Assembly (NCBI GenBank): GCA_965235115.1
Contig: OZ249436.1
Location: forward strand, 52,268,001 to 52,328,000
DNA length: 60,000 bases
Origin: Laetmonice hystrix
Taxonomy: Eukaryota
Reading direction: 5' to 3'
Within the stretch, counting starts at the first letter, position 1. Every line of letters starts with the position of its first letter. The notes under the pieces are model-generated. The model saw only the letters and a program-made list of their open reading frames with translations, was not told where the DNA came from and did not search any database. Of this stretch, positions 26,311 to 38,983 are shown one piece after another. The translations under genes and the position numbers were made by a program.

Positions 26311-27435
26311 ATCCAAACCATGAGCAGAATGTAACAGCAATCGTATCTTATCTATGATCACATCCAATATCTATAATCATTATTATATCTTTTTGACAGG
26401 CCTCTGGCACTGATCTTCGTAATTTTTAGTACTTTAGACTAATGCAAATTTCTCAAGCAAGGAAACATAGGAAATCAAAAATCACCAGATAATTGCGTTT
26501 TCTTTGGAGAAAAAGGAGTCCATACCGCACATTTAAACATACGTTGTTTATGGAGCAAATTTGATACTTTCACATTTTTCTTTGTGAGGAAAATGAGGTC
26601 ACTTAGACAATTGAAAGTTAATGCAGAAATTAGCTCACGTGACCGGGGGAACGCTTTTTGGAATGTGTAGGAAAATTTACTGCCTAAGTCACACTTGAAC
26701 CCTGACTTTTTGATCATGGAACCGGCAGGTCTCCTCGCGGTGACGAGTCACTCAGGACTCCTCGGCAATCTCCGCCAGTATTATACCGTATTCCCATTAT
26801 TTACAGTAAGTGTGACAGTGGACCTTTCCGGTCGCTTGTTAATAACGACTTTCTGAGGGACCTCCCTCACAGTCAGGGACAAAGGTGACGTCATACACGT
26901 GCCCAGGTAACCATGTGCACGCTGCTCTCACGTGCCAAATTACAGCAGAATACTAAATAGTTGTTTCTCTCCCCTGGACGAGGACCTCAAAAGAGTTACA
27001 GTCAACATCAATTGTGCGCGAGTTCATGCGATGGACTCTTATTTTACGGATGTCCTTTCCACGACCAGTCCATTTAGAATCTTCTGCATAAATTAATTTG
27101 AAAATATCTGAAGACATCTGTCACAGATTCTTCTTGTGAAATATGTTAAATCAGTCATGCCTTTTCGTCGCTCTAGTTATTTTGGGCGATGATGTTGGCC
27201 AATCTACATGGCTGTTTAAATAACTTCCAGTAAAACTTTAACACCTTTCAGAAAGACGTAAATGTTTCTTTATTAAGTCACTCGCCCCACTGACCATCCC
27301 TTAGCCGCATTACATCAGACAGCTCACATACAAATTGGTTGAAGCTTTTTCCCTTGTAGCAGTTCGCTTGTTCGTTACCGATTCATCCGACACATGCTTA
27401 GTACCCAGTGCATATTAAGTAACAAACCTGTGGTC

Positions 27436-27442
27436 TATATAA
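27436..27442 (+). promoter_or_regulatory. TATA box of paralog 3
   Basis: ctatataag about 190 nt upstream of the ATG at 27628. Confidence 0.6.
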
Positions 27443-27627
27443 GATCTTTGAATCATCTCTTCCATTAGTAGCTCCTTTCTCTTGGCGAGTTCCCTCTCTG
27501 CGGGTAAGGACCGCGTCTAAACTAGAGCTGACGGACTTTACCTATAGCTATAGTGGTATCTGGCAGACATTGACGACCAGACGAGGCCCACTGTCTCCTG
27601 TTTGAACATATCCCAAGGTCATACAGG

Positions 27628-29105
27628 ATGAAAGTCGCTCTCATCGTTCTCCTGGTCATCGCCAACTTTGGCCACCAAGGCCTTACCATGAAGTTACCAG
27701 AGAGTAGCCCAGGTAAATGTTACTTATTTAATCTATTTATTTACTTATGTGTTTGTCTACCTACTAATCTGTTGATTTATTTACTTATTTTGAATGTGTC
27801 TAACATACAAGTGTATCTGTACAGGCACTCTCGATTCTAGTTGTGTTGATGATTGATGACATCTAAGTGCACCATGTCTTGTTTCCATGAACTGACACAT
27901 TTCCAGTGTTGAAAATACTTGCATTGAGAGTTCTTATTTGTATTGGTAATTATTTCATTTCTTTCAGTACAACTGAAAACGTCCTGTTGGAACATAACAT
28001 ACCCTTTCATCAAACCTTTTGTAGCACTTTAAAACCTTAGGGGGGGGGGGGTCCACAAAAAGTTTCGTCGTGCATCATACCTTGGCACTGCTAAATGTTC
28101 CATTGTGGAATAATAATGCAACTTATATAAGGGCCTATTGTAACCTTACTTTTAATATTGTGCTAACGTACATATTGTGTTATTTCGTTCTCTGGAAATG
28201 ATTCCGAGGTAATGAAATGTTATTTCGTTCCCTCAAAATCATTTCTTGGGAACGAAATTACGTAGGGCCTATCTCGTTCCCGCGAAATGATTTACCTCCA
28301 AAATGATTTCGTGGGAAGGAAATAACATAATCTTTCCACCACATCTGTCTCCTAAGGGACATGGTGGAGCTCATGATTATAAGACTACAGTTACTACACA
28401 TTTTTGTTAGCGTCCCCTAATGTGACTCATTATTAATTTTGTTCATTCTGTGCAGAATTTGGTGCCAAGGCTTTCGGATACGGTCACGGCGGCGGTCACG
28501 GCGGTCACGGCGGTTACGGCGGCGGTCACGGCGGTTACGGCGGCGGTTACGGCGGCGGTCACCACGACGGTTACGGTCATCACGGCGAGCACGGCGGTCA
28601 TCACGGTGGCCAGGGCAGTCACCACGGGGGTGGAGGCTACGATCACGGTCATCACGAGTCCCATCACGGCGACCACAAGAGTGACCACTCACACGGAGGG
28701 GTGGTTCAAGGCGAACACGGCGGACACAGCAGCCACAAGGGCGGGGAGGAATACGACGGTTCGCTCCAGTGGCACGCCAGCCACCATGGCCACGGCCAGG
28801 GGGGCTCAGGTGACCACGGCCACTTCGGCCAGAGCTGGGAGGGCAAGCAGCACGACCACTACGGTAAAGGTGGCCACGATCAATATCACCACCACGGGAC
28901 GAAGGAGAAGAAATATCATTACGGAGGCTCGGGCTGGTACAAGGAGGTCTCCAAGGGACAAATTCACGGTCACGGCAACGCTGGAGGTCAAGGACATGGA
29001 CACTTTGGGGGTCATAAACAGGGCAAACATCATCACGAGTCACATGGCCACCACGGCCACCATGGCCATGATGCCGGCCATAAGGCCTACTATGGTTATA
29101 ACTAA
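27628..29105 (+). CDS. Secreted Gly/His-rich protein, paralog 3 (244 aa); exons 27628-27712 and 28456-29105
   Basis: Exon 1 MKVALIVLLVIANFGHQGLTMKLPESSP|g-gtaaat. Acceptor ttctgtgcag|28456 gives EFGAKAFGYGHGGGHGGHGGY..., in frame with ORF 28701-29105, ending AGHKAYYGYN*. Confidence 0.9.
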
Positions 29106-29534
29106 AATACCGAACTCATTTTGTTACCGAGCCTCACATAACATGAAAGAGGCGATGAGAAGTCATGAACGGTTTTAATTATTTGTCAATTCAGAAAAGG
29201 TCGCATGTCATACTGACGTCCTCCACGTATATCTGGTGCTTCCCCTGACAGACATTACTGGAACCCGAGTTTATTCTGGTTCTATTTATTTTTATATCTA
29301 GAGTAAGATGATCAATTTTTTTAAACGATTAGAGGCGTCTCTATAAGAAAGAAATCTATTCAAATAAAGATAAAAATACCAAAACAAAGCATTTCTGCAC
29401 CTTTGTTTTCGTTCCCCTCCATAAACCAAGGAGATTCTTCCATGAGTCAGTCCTATAGCGTAATGTCTGGAAAGATAGATTTCCTTGAACCCGTCTTTTT
29501 TATGACAAAGCAAGGTGGATAACTCAGGCATTTT

Positions 29535-29859
29535 GAATTCGCTGAGACCCAGAATACCGAATCACGATGAATGAATTCACCGAGACCCAGAATACCGAAT
29601 CACGGTGAATGAATTCACCGAGACCCAGAATACCGAATCACGATGAATGAATTCACCGAGACCCAGAATACCGAATCACGATGAATGAATTCACCGAGAC
29701 CCAGAATACCGAATCACGGTGAATGAATTCACTGAGACCCAGAATAACGAATCACGATGAATGAATTCACCGAGACCCAGAATACCGAATCACGATGACT
29801 GATCATGTATTCGCTGAGACCCAGAATACCGAATCACGATGACTGATCATGAATTCGCT
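29535..29859. repeat. 38-bp minisatellite, ~8 copies
   Basis: Unit gaattcaccgagacccagaataccgaatcacgatgaat. Confidence 0.92.
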
Positions 29860-32230
29860 GGTCGATTGGGACGTAACTTTTATGGGTGTGGTTGGCCGTA
29901 TACCAGACAACAACAAAACACACACACACAAAAAGAAGAAAATACATTATATTGTATCCGAGTGTAGGTATATTCTGCTGTCTCCTGATAACTTACTTCT
30001 GTACAAATTATCTAAACCAGTCAGAGAACATTTCTTTATTTCTAATGTCAAATATTATGACGAAGATTGGGCATACTGTACCTTCCATGATTTCTGCCGA
30101 ATCAAACTCAACTTCAACTAAATAAATTAGTCTATCTTTTTTCATATTTGGGGAATCTACAGAAACTTAATACAGAAAAGTTTTTCTATCAGAAAAATTA
30201 GGAATAGGGGGAAAACAATATTTCATAAAATAACGAAATGTATTGATAACGTTTTTGCCCAAAGAAATTCCAAAGTATTCTATAGTCTCCACCCCCCCCC
30301 CCTCCCCCCGCCACCCCGCCAAAAATATCTTGAGCATAATCCTTCACCCACCCAGCAACAGTAATACAGCAGGATATGAAACGTGTTCGCAAGAGTGATT
30401 GTATTTTGCTGAGATGAACCGAATAATCACGGCAATGTGTGAACCTCAAACATTCAGTGCTCTCCTTATTGTGAAGTGTCAGTACGTGTGGATATTTAAG
30501 GCGCATAATTCATTGGTCGACGTAGCGTCAAAGGAAACATCATTTTCACTGTCCAGGCTGTGACGGCTGAGGAGTTTGTCTGTTATTAGGCATTCAAACA
30601 CAAATCCCTCATAATAATTATGCACACGTGTAGCAAAATTAAATCTATGCTTTATGCGTTTAAGATAAATACAATAAATATTCATCAAATCAAATGAAAT
30701 CAAAGAGAGACTTTCTGGTTTTTATAATGTGCAAAATGTGGATATTTGAACGGGGGATATCATACTTCATATTTCTATTAAAATAAAAAAGTTTGTACAT
30801 TTTCCCCATGAAAACAACAGGTTGTTTTTCCTACCTCCGTTTGTAAATAAAACAAAAACTTGTAAGAAGCTCAAATTTGAGTCCAGAGCAGAAGAGACCT
30901 AAGACCGGACACTACAAAGTTATGGAAATAATAAAAAATAAATATAAAAAAAATCATAGGAGACAATAATAGGTATCCAAACAGAAGCATGATGTGTGCG
31001 AACGCGACTGAAATGCTCAAAAGCATACTCTTCGCATGTTGGTCAATTCCACATTTTGTGCGAAAATACTATTTCTTGCAGGCAGGAACCCATGGACAGA
31101 ATATGCATGGTATCATGATTAAGATACTATGGGTTGCAATGACCGTTTTTTCTGTTGCTTCTTCCAATGAAGTGCGATTAGTCATACAGTATGGATACTA
31201 TCATACGTCCAGATCCATACATTAAGAAAAAAACAGGGAGTCCGTTCCATTTGAGAAGATTTGTGTAATGGGGGAGGGTCCATTGTCCTGCCTCTCCCCT
31301 AAAACTTTCTTTTTGGGACGGTGGCGGTGGTGGACTTAGTTTGGTCGTGGTACCTTGTGCCTTATGTAATGTAAATGTGTGTAGTATGTAATCTATCACG
31401 GGCCGCGGGTTGATTAAATTGGGGTCCTATATATTTCTGCTACTCAACATTTTAAAGGTTAACTGGGTTCAACCTGATGCCCATCCATAGCGAAGATACT
31501 CACCCTAAATGGGGAGTGGGGTGGGGGTGGGTACGTGGGGGTGGGGGTGGACACACACACACCCAACCTACCTACCCACTTACAGGTTTCTTCGACGAGT
31601 TTTCTTTTTCTACCGCATCCGCAATCTGATGGTTTTGAAAACCATCACCTGTTCGTAAATTAGCATATAACGTGCTTTCCTAAGATGAACTTCCCTGACC
31701 CTTGGTCCTCAAAGAACGCGTGTTTTATGTTAATTGCGCAATGTGTGTTTGCACTGTTAAATCCTCAGAGCATAGGTCAATGTTTTGATATACATAAAAC
31801 CTAAATTAAAAGTCAAATCTCTCTTTTTCGATTGCAAGAACATGGTGGCATTTCTTTCGTCCAACAAATATACAAAATGCAAAAGACTCCTTAGCGTTTT
31901 GAGATCCTGTTGTTCGACTTCGAATTATACGGCGCGCCTTGTAGCACTCCTTGTTCGAGGCAGAGGGTGACTGTTAAAAACGTGATGCTAATATCCAAAG
32001 TTAGACAACTTTGGTTGCTGATCCTGGTTTGTTACCAGTATGGGATGTTTAACGAGCAGTGGTAGTACATAAAGTCAGAAGTGAGGGACCACAAGACAGT
32101 AGAGCCCGACTGTTCTGATGGCTACCATCGGAATGTTACACAGAGTTTGTTGTCATACGATGCCTTGAGTAGGGCTCGGCGTTCAGACAAGGGCAACAGT
32201 GGATTGGAACATCCTGTGGAGTTTATCAGG

Positions 32231-35200
32231 ATGAAGACAATCACCTATATCCTCCTGACTTTCTCCGGCCAGGTTGTTCTAGCCAGCGACCTCGTGAGGA
32301 CAAGCGACGGTAAGACGCTATGATTACGTAATATAATAACTTACGTAACTGAGATTAATGCACAGGTGTTCGGCACAGTCCGTAAAATTTATCTGGAGAA
32401 GGGGTGGTGCTAGTGTTTTGTTTTAATGACTTATTGTTTAAGTGGGCACATCATGTCCCCTGAAATAAAAAAAAAGGTGATTGAAAGTTTGTTCTTCGTG
32501 CCATTAAAGCAGGAGGACAGTTTCGAACGTGAACGTTTAAAATGTTCAGTGATGAAATCTTGTAGGATTTCTGATCAGTGGCGGCGCTAGGGGGGCAAGG
32601 GGGGGGGGGGGTTAAATGGCCCTGTTCCGGCTGGATATGTCCGAACGGCTAGTTATGTCCCAGGTGATATGTCCGCAAACATGAGCTAGATGTGTCCGGA
32701 GAAATATTGATATGTCCGCAAATACCAGCTAACTGCCGGTCTCGCTCAGCCTTGGCATATCCATTTTAATATATCGCTGAAACTAGAAGAAAAAGAATAT
32801 TTGGAAAGTTGACATCGTTTTAGTGATATGCCACATTATTTCGGCTCATTCAGCCCCTCCCAGATCCTGATGAATGGGAGGCGAGAGCAAGACAAATTGA
32901 GAACAACTAAAAAATCATGGATTGGTCTGACTCTTCAGGGTCCAAGTCCTAAAGTTCGTATGTGGTGTTTGGAAACACACGATAGCCGATTGAGAGTCAA
33001 CTGGTTTGGAACCTTGCCGCAGATTGAGCACACTGACGGGGTACGGCTCTCGATTTTCCTAGACAGTTGTACAGCATTACTAATTGTTTAGATACACACC
33101 CTGTTGGTCGGGTACCACAGAACAGGTGTGGCAGACACAGCACAGTGGTTGGTCACGATATTAAACTATATCTCAGCGAAATCACAAATCTTGAGGTAGT
33201 GCACGTTGAAGCACACTTTTAAAAATGCATTTTGTCTTGATCCTTAACATTTGGTTTAGTGAAAATCAAAGAAACTTGTATACATCCAGGCAACAACCAC
33301 CATGCCAACGTCCTGTAGACGAAGGTGAGGCCAAGTGTCAATAGAGGTTATGCAGTGACGTCATTTGGAGGGAAACAGCATGGCTATGTTTATGTGCATG
33401 GGCATTGGAGAAGACGGGTCACGGTTCATTGGCTTCTATTGTCCAGGGCCTATTTATAAATGTACCTCGGTTTCTTGTCCCTCTAAAATACGTCACCTGC
33501 ATAACTTCAATATCCACATTGGAGGTAATGGTGGTATCTGTGATGGATGCTGCCATCTGGTGGTCAGTTTTATATAGGCGCAATCTAGAGGATAATCCGG
33601 ATATGTCCGCAAATGTCAGCTAAATGTGTCCGGTAATCCGGATATGTCCACAAATATCGGCTAGATTTGTCCGGTACCCGAACACATCTAGTTGATGTTT
33701 GCGGACATATGTCGTATCGGACATAACTAGCCGTTCGGACGTATCTAGCTGGAAGTGGCCCCCAGAAATTTAGTTTGCCCCCTGTTTGCCCCCCCCCCCC
33801 AGTTTAAGAATGGGCTATAAAGATCAAAGTGTATGATATATCTCTTTGCCCCCCGATTTTCGGCTTGCCCCCCACTTTGCCCCCCTGAATTTTTATATCT
33901 GGCGCCGCCACTGTTTCTGATCACAATTATTCATGGTAAAACCCTTGGGATATTTTATGACGCTTTTTTATTTTAAAATATACTTTTTAATCTTCTTTAT
34001 TATAACTTAACTTCATTGCATGTAAAAAACAGTCACAAATATGTTATGTCATTTTACCTTTATTATTTTTTAGCGAGTGAGGCGTATAATGTCCGCCCAA
34101 ACTACTACGAACAAAAGACACAAATAAAGCGACCGTCATTTGAGTTTCGAGGGGGCCACTACCAAAGGAATGACTATTCAAATAATGTTAAAGAGGCTCC
34201 CTCACTTAGACCTCAATACCAGCAGGATGCCTTTGATAATCGCAAGTTGACCAACAGAGGGCCTCCACATGAGGATAAAAGGAGGGCGTACCAAGATGGC
34301 CGCCACCTGCGCCGAGGTAAGGCAGACGACAGTGGTGACGTCAAACCTAGCGACGACTACCAACAGGAGAACAGACATTTTGATTCCGAGACGGGCGAAG
34401 AAAGACCGTTGGTCGAACCAGAACCTCTTAACTTCCAGCCAGAGAACAGGCGTTACCACATTGAGCCCATCGATGACAGGTCATTGGCCAAGCCGCGACA
34501 GATTCGCTTTCAAGAAGACAACAGGGATTACCGTCCTAAGGCCCCTGAACGTAAACCACTGGTTGGACCCGAGCCAGACAGAGATCCAGTTCACTTCCAA
34601 AAGAGAACTGCAACTTACCAGACAAAGGCAATTAAAGAACCAGCATTGGTCGAGGGAAGACAGTTGTATAGTGAGCAACTTGATAACCGGCATTACCGCC
34701 CGAGAGTGGAACCACCAACGGTTGCAAGACCTATTGCGCAATCTCCTTACCTTCCTGATGTGACGTATGCCCGCAAGGTGAGTGGAGTGGTGAGACGTAT
34801 TGAACAAGCAGTAGCAGGCCGCCCACAACATAGAGGGCGCCTTCGTGCTGATAAAATGGAAGGTGAAAGTCCAACGACTCCAGTCCGACTGGCTCGCTAT
34901 GAGAACAGCGAAAGCCACGACGCCGCTAATAAGATAAGACAGGATACCCAATCTTCTTTGGGTGCTCATGTTCAGGGCAAAACGGCAAAGTCCATAGGTT
35001 ACAGCGGTAGCCACCATGGCCGTGGTTACAGAGATGGCGGTCACGGCTACGTTGGAGGTCATGAAGGTGGTGGGCATGGCGGACACGAGCACCTCGTATC
35101 CGTTCATGGTGGTCACAAGGAAAGCCAATCCCACGGTGGTCACGCCCGTGGGAAACATGGAGGTCATGGAGGACATGAAGGACACGTAATACATGCCGGT

Positions 35201-35545
35201 AACGCGCTCGGCCATGGAGTCGGCCACGGTCATGGCCAAGGAGGAGGCGCTGACATGGGCGACAGCGACCGGAACTGGATGGGAAAGGGAAAGGACTTTT
35301 TCGGCGAGGGCGGCCATGACCTATACGAACACGAGGGTCACAAGTACAAGGAGTACCGTTATGGTGGCTCTGGTTGGTTCAAGGAGAAATCTAGAGGACA
35401 AATTCATGGACACGGCATCGCAGGAGGTCAAACCCAAGGTCATTATGGTGGGCAAACGGGTGAAAAATATGAACATGAATCCGGGGGGAAATATGCGCAT
35501 AAGGGCGAGAGAGCAAGCCATAAAAAGTATTTGGGCAAGCACTAG
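32231..35545 (+). CDS. Secreted Gly/His-rich family protein, paralog 4 (516 aa) with a long charged Arg/Pro/Glu/Asp-rich N-terminal region; exons 32231-32309 and 34074-35545
   Basis: Exon 1 MKTITYILLTFSGQVVLASDLVRTSD|g-gtaaga. Acceptor tattttttag|34074 is in frame with ORF 34016-35545. C-terminus ...YRYGGSGWFKE...ASHKKYLGKH*. AATAAA at ~35683 and ~35729. Confidence 0.88.
32576..33913. mobile_element. hAT-like MITE with 8-bp TSD in the paralog 4 intron, interrupted by a nested element
   Basis: tttctgat|cagtggcggcgc ... gcgccgccactg|tttctgat. Confidence 0.88.
32618..33760. mobile_element. Non-autonomous DNA transposon, copy 2 of the 9912-11088 family, nested in the hAT-like MITE
   Basis: Same TIRs and body as 9912-11088, with an internal deletion relative to copy 1. 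Confidence 0.85.
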
Positions 35546-38500
35546 CTTGGACCCGAGAGGGAGAGAGTGCGGAAATGGGGGGGGGGGGGGGTAAAAAACA
35601 ATTTGGATAGATGCCTACAAGAATCCGTTCTTCTCTCGGTGTGACCATTTCCGTAAAAAACGACGAGCGATATGTCTTCATGAATAAAACAGTAGACTCG
35701 CATATCCGAGGGCCATTTTTAAAGAAGGAAATAAAGATGTACAAAATCTGTCTGGAATTCTTATTTCTGTAAATAGACGTGGTTGGTCAACTAACTTTAG
35801 ACTTATCTTATGGACTCCTTTACAACTGAAATGAGAAATATACGTCCAAGGTTGACCGATGGAGAAACAAGTTCTGGAATATAAAGCTGCCAGGCCTTGG
35901 TAACGCTATACTAGTACAATTGCTGGCGAGCACCAGTGGCGTACCCAGAAACTGACTTCTCACCTTGATACAAAGAGTATCCGTACACCCCAAGCACCCC
36001 CCCCCCCCCCCGGGTACGCTACTGAGCACTCCAGAGGAAAACCAACAGCATCTGGGAAAGTAATACAGTCTGTCGGCGTTAACTTTAGCCCGGGGCGGTG
36101 TCTCATTGCTGACGTAACCCAATATCGGCCAATGGGGGACGGGAGGGGCCCGTCATTCAAACCAGTGTGTGCAGGGTCAGTGGTTCAGTGAGAGTGGCCG
36201 GCAGCAGTTGACACGTGGCAAGGATATTCCGGACGATTGCATTGTTCTGGCATCATGTCCATACCACCAAGGCATCTGGCCAATATATGCATGCTCTATC
36301 ATACACGACATGTTCCTGCATGGTGAATCAAACAAACAGACAAACAAACAAACAAACAAATAAATAAAACACAACAAATCTAGTGAAGTTGATGATAACT
36401 TTCAGTACAATCCGCCATTCTGACATCCAGTGGAAGTATGTGAATGGGTACTATGATTTAAGCCATGGCGAAATTACAATGAAATTTGTCTGAGATTTAC
36501 CACAAAATAGGGTGACATAATCTTTTGAGCTATGTTTTTGCCAAATTCCACAACCGAACCGACATTTAGCCACGAATGTTAAAAAATACGTGGTCTTTCA
36601 AATGTCTGTTTGGAAGTTCTCAGATATCATGGATAGGCCCACTACCTTTTCATCTGAATTTGGTGGTTATTCTATAAAAAAAAAAAGAAAAGAAGAAAGG
36701 AAGAAGAAGAAGAAGAAAAAGAAGAAGAATGAACGACAAGAGTCGCCAATAGTCTTTTCAAGCGCTTGAAAATATCCCGATATCTGACGTATCTCCCCCC
36801 CCCCCCCACAACACCATGCTGTATAGGCCTCCCTGGGTCGGCCAGATCACCGCGGGGCTCTTCATTTCAATCAGACTTTTATCTCCAGATGCCAGGAAGA
36901 AACGTTTTCCAAATTAAAAAATTCCCTAGGAAAACCAAATTTTTAAAAAATTCGGGGAGGCCCCCTGGACCCCGCCCCCTCCTACGGTTCGCGCCTTTGG
37001 TGCTCTCGGGACAACCCACACAAGCCACTCCCCGCCCCCCCCCCCTCACCCACCCAACCAACAAAAGCTTCCTACGTGGCTGTGGGTAAAGATGTTTCAA
37101 TCCTCAAACACGATGACCGACGCTCGACGTGAGGGACATACTGCACTCATGATAATTTCAATGACATTATGTTATAAAACACGCTCCATACTGAGATGTT
37201 TCGTAGGCGAGACATTGAAAGATTAAGAACGGATATAGGCCTACTCATTATTTCTCTGGTACACGGACAATAACACCGTTAACACGCCGCTTGCTCATAT
37301 CATATAACGGTACTTCATACTCGAGTGTTCAGGTCAGGTATTTGTCGTATAAACAGCTTCTTGCCCGCCGGGCCTGTTTGCCTCCAATCTTCCTGCCACG
37401 CATTGTGCTGAAACTTGCAGCTTGTCACGAATAACAAATCATTGGCCGCTGAAATAACACTTGCAAGAAGAATAGTTCTCCATCAACAGTTTTATTTACA
37501 ACAAAAATTATACAGAAGATTAGCATGGTGTTTTCATTCATTTAATTTACTATAAAAAAGGAACAAACAAAAAATGATAGAAGAAATGAAATAGATTACT
37601 ATATTAGGAGAGGTCTTTCGCTTCAAGCCTGGGACCATGATGTTTCCTGGGTTCAGGGGAAAGGGCTCTCCTCATTCCATCTGTCAGCTGTAGAGTTTAG
37701 CGGAGGGAGGCTGTATTACCAACATTCGTGTTTCTTCCCGCGATACTCACATCGGCTTTTAGTCCTAATTTGGATAAAACAGGCATAGCCGTCATGAGAC
37801 ACCTTCCAAGCCCGTACACTTCAGTAAGACAGGTCCTGAGCCTTTCGTATACCGTATAGGCCTATACTTGGGCAAAGTCCGTGTGTGTATGAAGGGTGGC
37901 TACAAACAAACTGATGCAGGTTATGAGATAAACCTTACCGGAAAGCGCTCTGTAAGTGTATGGTGATAATTGCCACCCATGATGACATGGGTGACATTGT
38001 CATATTCATAAAGCTACTATATATTCCGAGCTATACTTCGGCGAAGAAAGGAAATCAGCATAACAGTAACTGCAGTTGATAGTCTTACCTCATGATAATT
38101 GTTCCTATATAGAAAACAATTGATAAATTTGCAGGTATCGGGTTTTTTTCAGGTTTCCTAATTCCATACAAATGCTCAGTCTGGTTTATGCATGAATAAG
38201 GACAGGTAGCCTTTGCATGTCAAAGACAGATCCCAGAAAATTATTCTACCACCTATGGTGTTTTATACAATATAAATCGTATCGTAAACTCGCATGGCAT
38301 ACGAAACAAACCTTTGGTTTAACGAATGCCTCGATAGGACCGGGAATGTAGAGAAGCGGGCGTTTTGAAACTGTCATGATATCTGCACCGTTTCTGTTGG
38401 CCTACTTGAGAATTACAGGCATACGAACAGTAACCTCACTCAATCACTCTAACCCATCACTAGTATAGATTTACAATTTACCTTTGTCAAAAACGCATTT

Positions 38501-38983
38501 ACCTGTGAGCAAAAGTGAAGGACACCGATCATCACAATGTCGCTTTCATGTCGACAATGTGGATATACATATTCAAAGATTGACAATGGATCTATGCCAC
38601 TTTATCATGAATTCTATAAGGCAACTTAGTAAATCAGGTAACGAGTAAATGATCACTATACCATAGTTTGCCATCAATCATAATGTCTATATACAATTGA
38701 AGAGATCTTTGCTCTCCAAGCGCCGCCATTAAATCCCATTAGACCTCCTCGCACGTGTGTAAAGTAAGACATGCATTTATGCAATCAGAAAGTGTTGCAT
38801 ACGGATTATGTATCCAAACAACATTCTACTATATATACCATACGTAGAGTGGACGTTACCATCAGTTGTTTCGGACAGCTCCTGTGGATGGTTGGACGTA
38901 CGGAAGTTCTTAGATAACTATACTGATCAATTGAGACGTTCCACAGGACGTCGGAGCCGGGAGTTCGGACAGAGCAATCAACA

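Noticed and set aside
24730..29859. CRISPR-like arrays (93-bp and 38-bp repeats)
   Set aside because: Units are contiguous with no unique spacers, there are no cas genes, and the context is eukaryotic.
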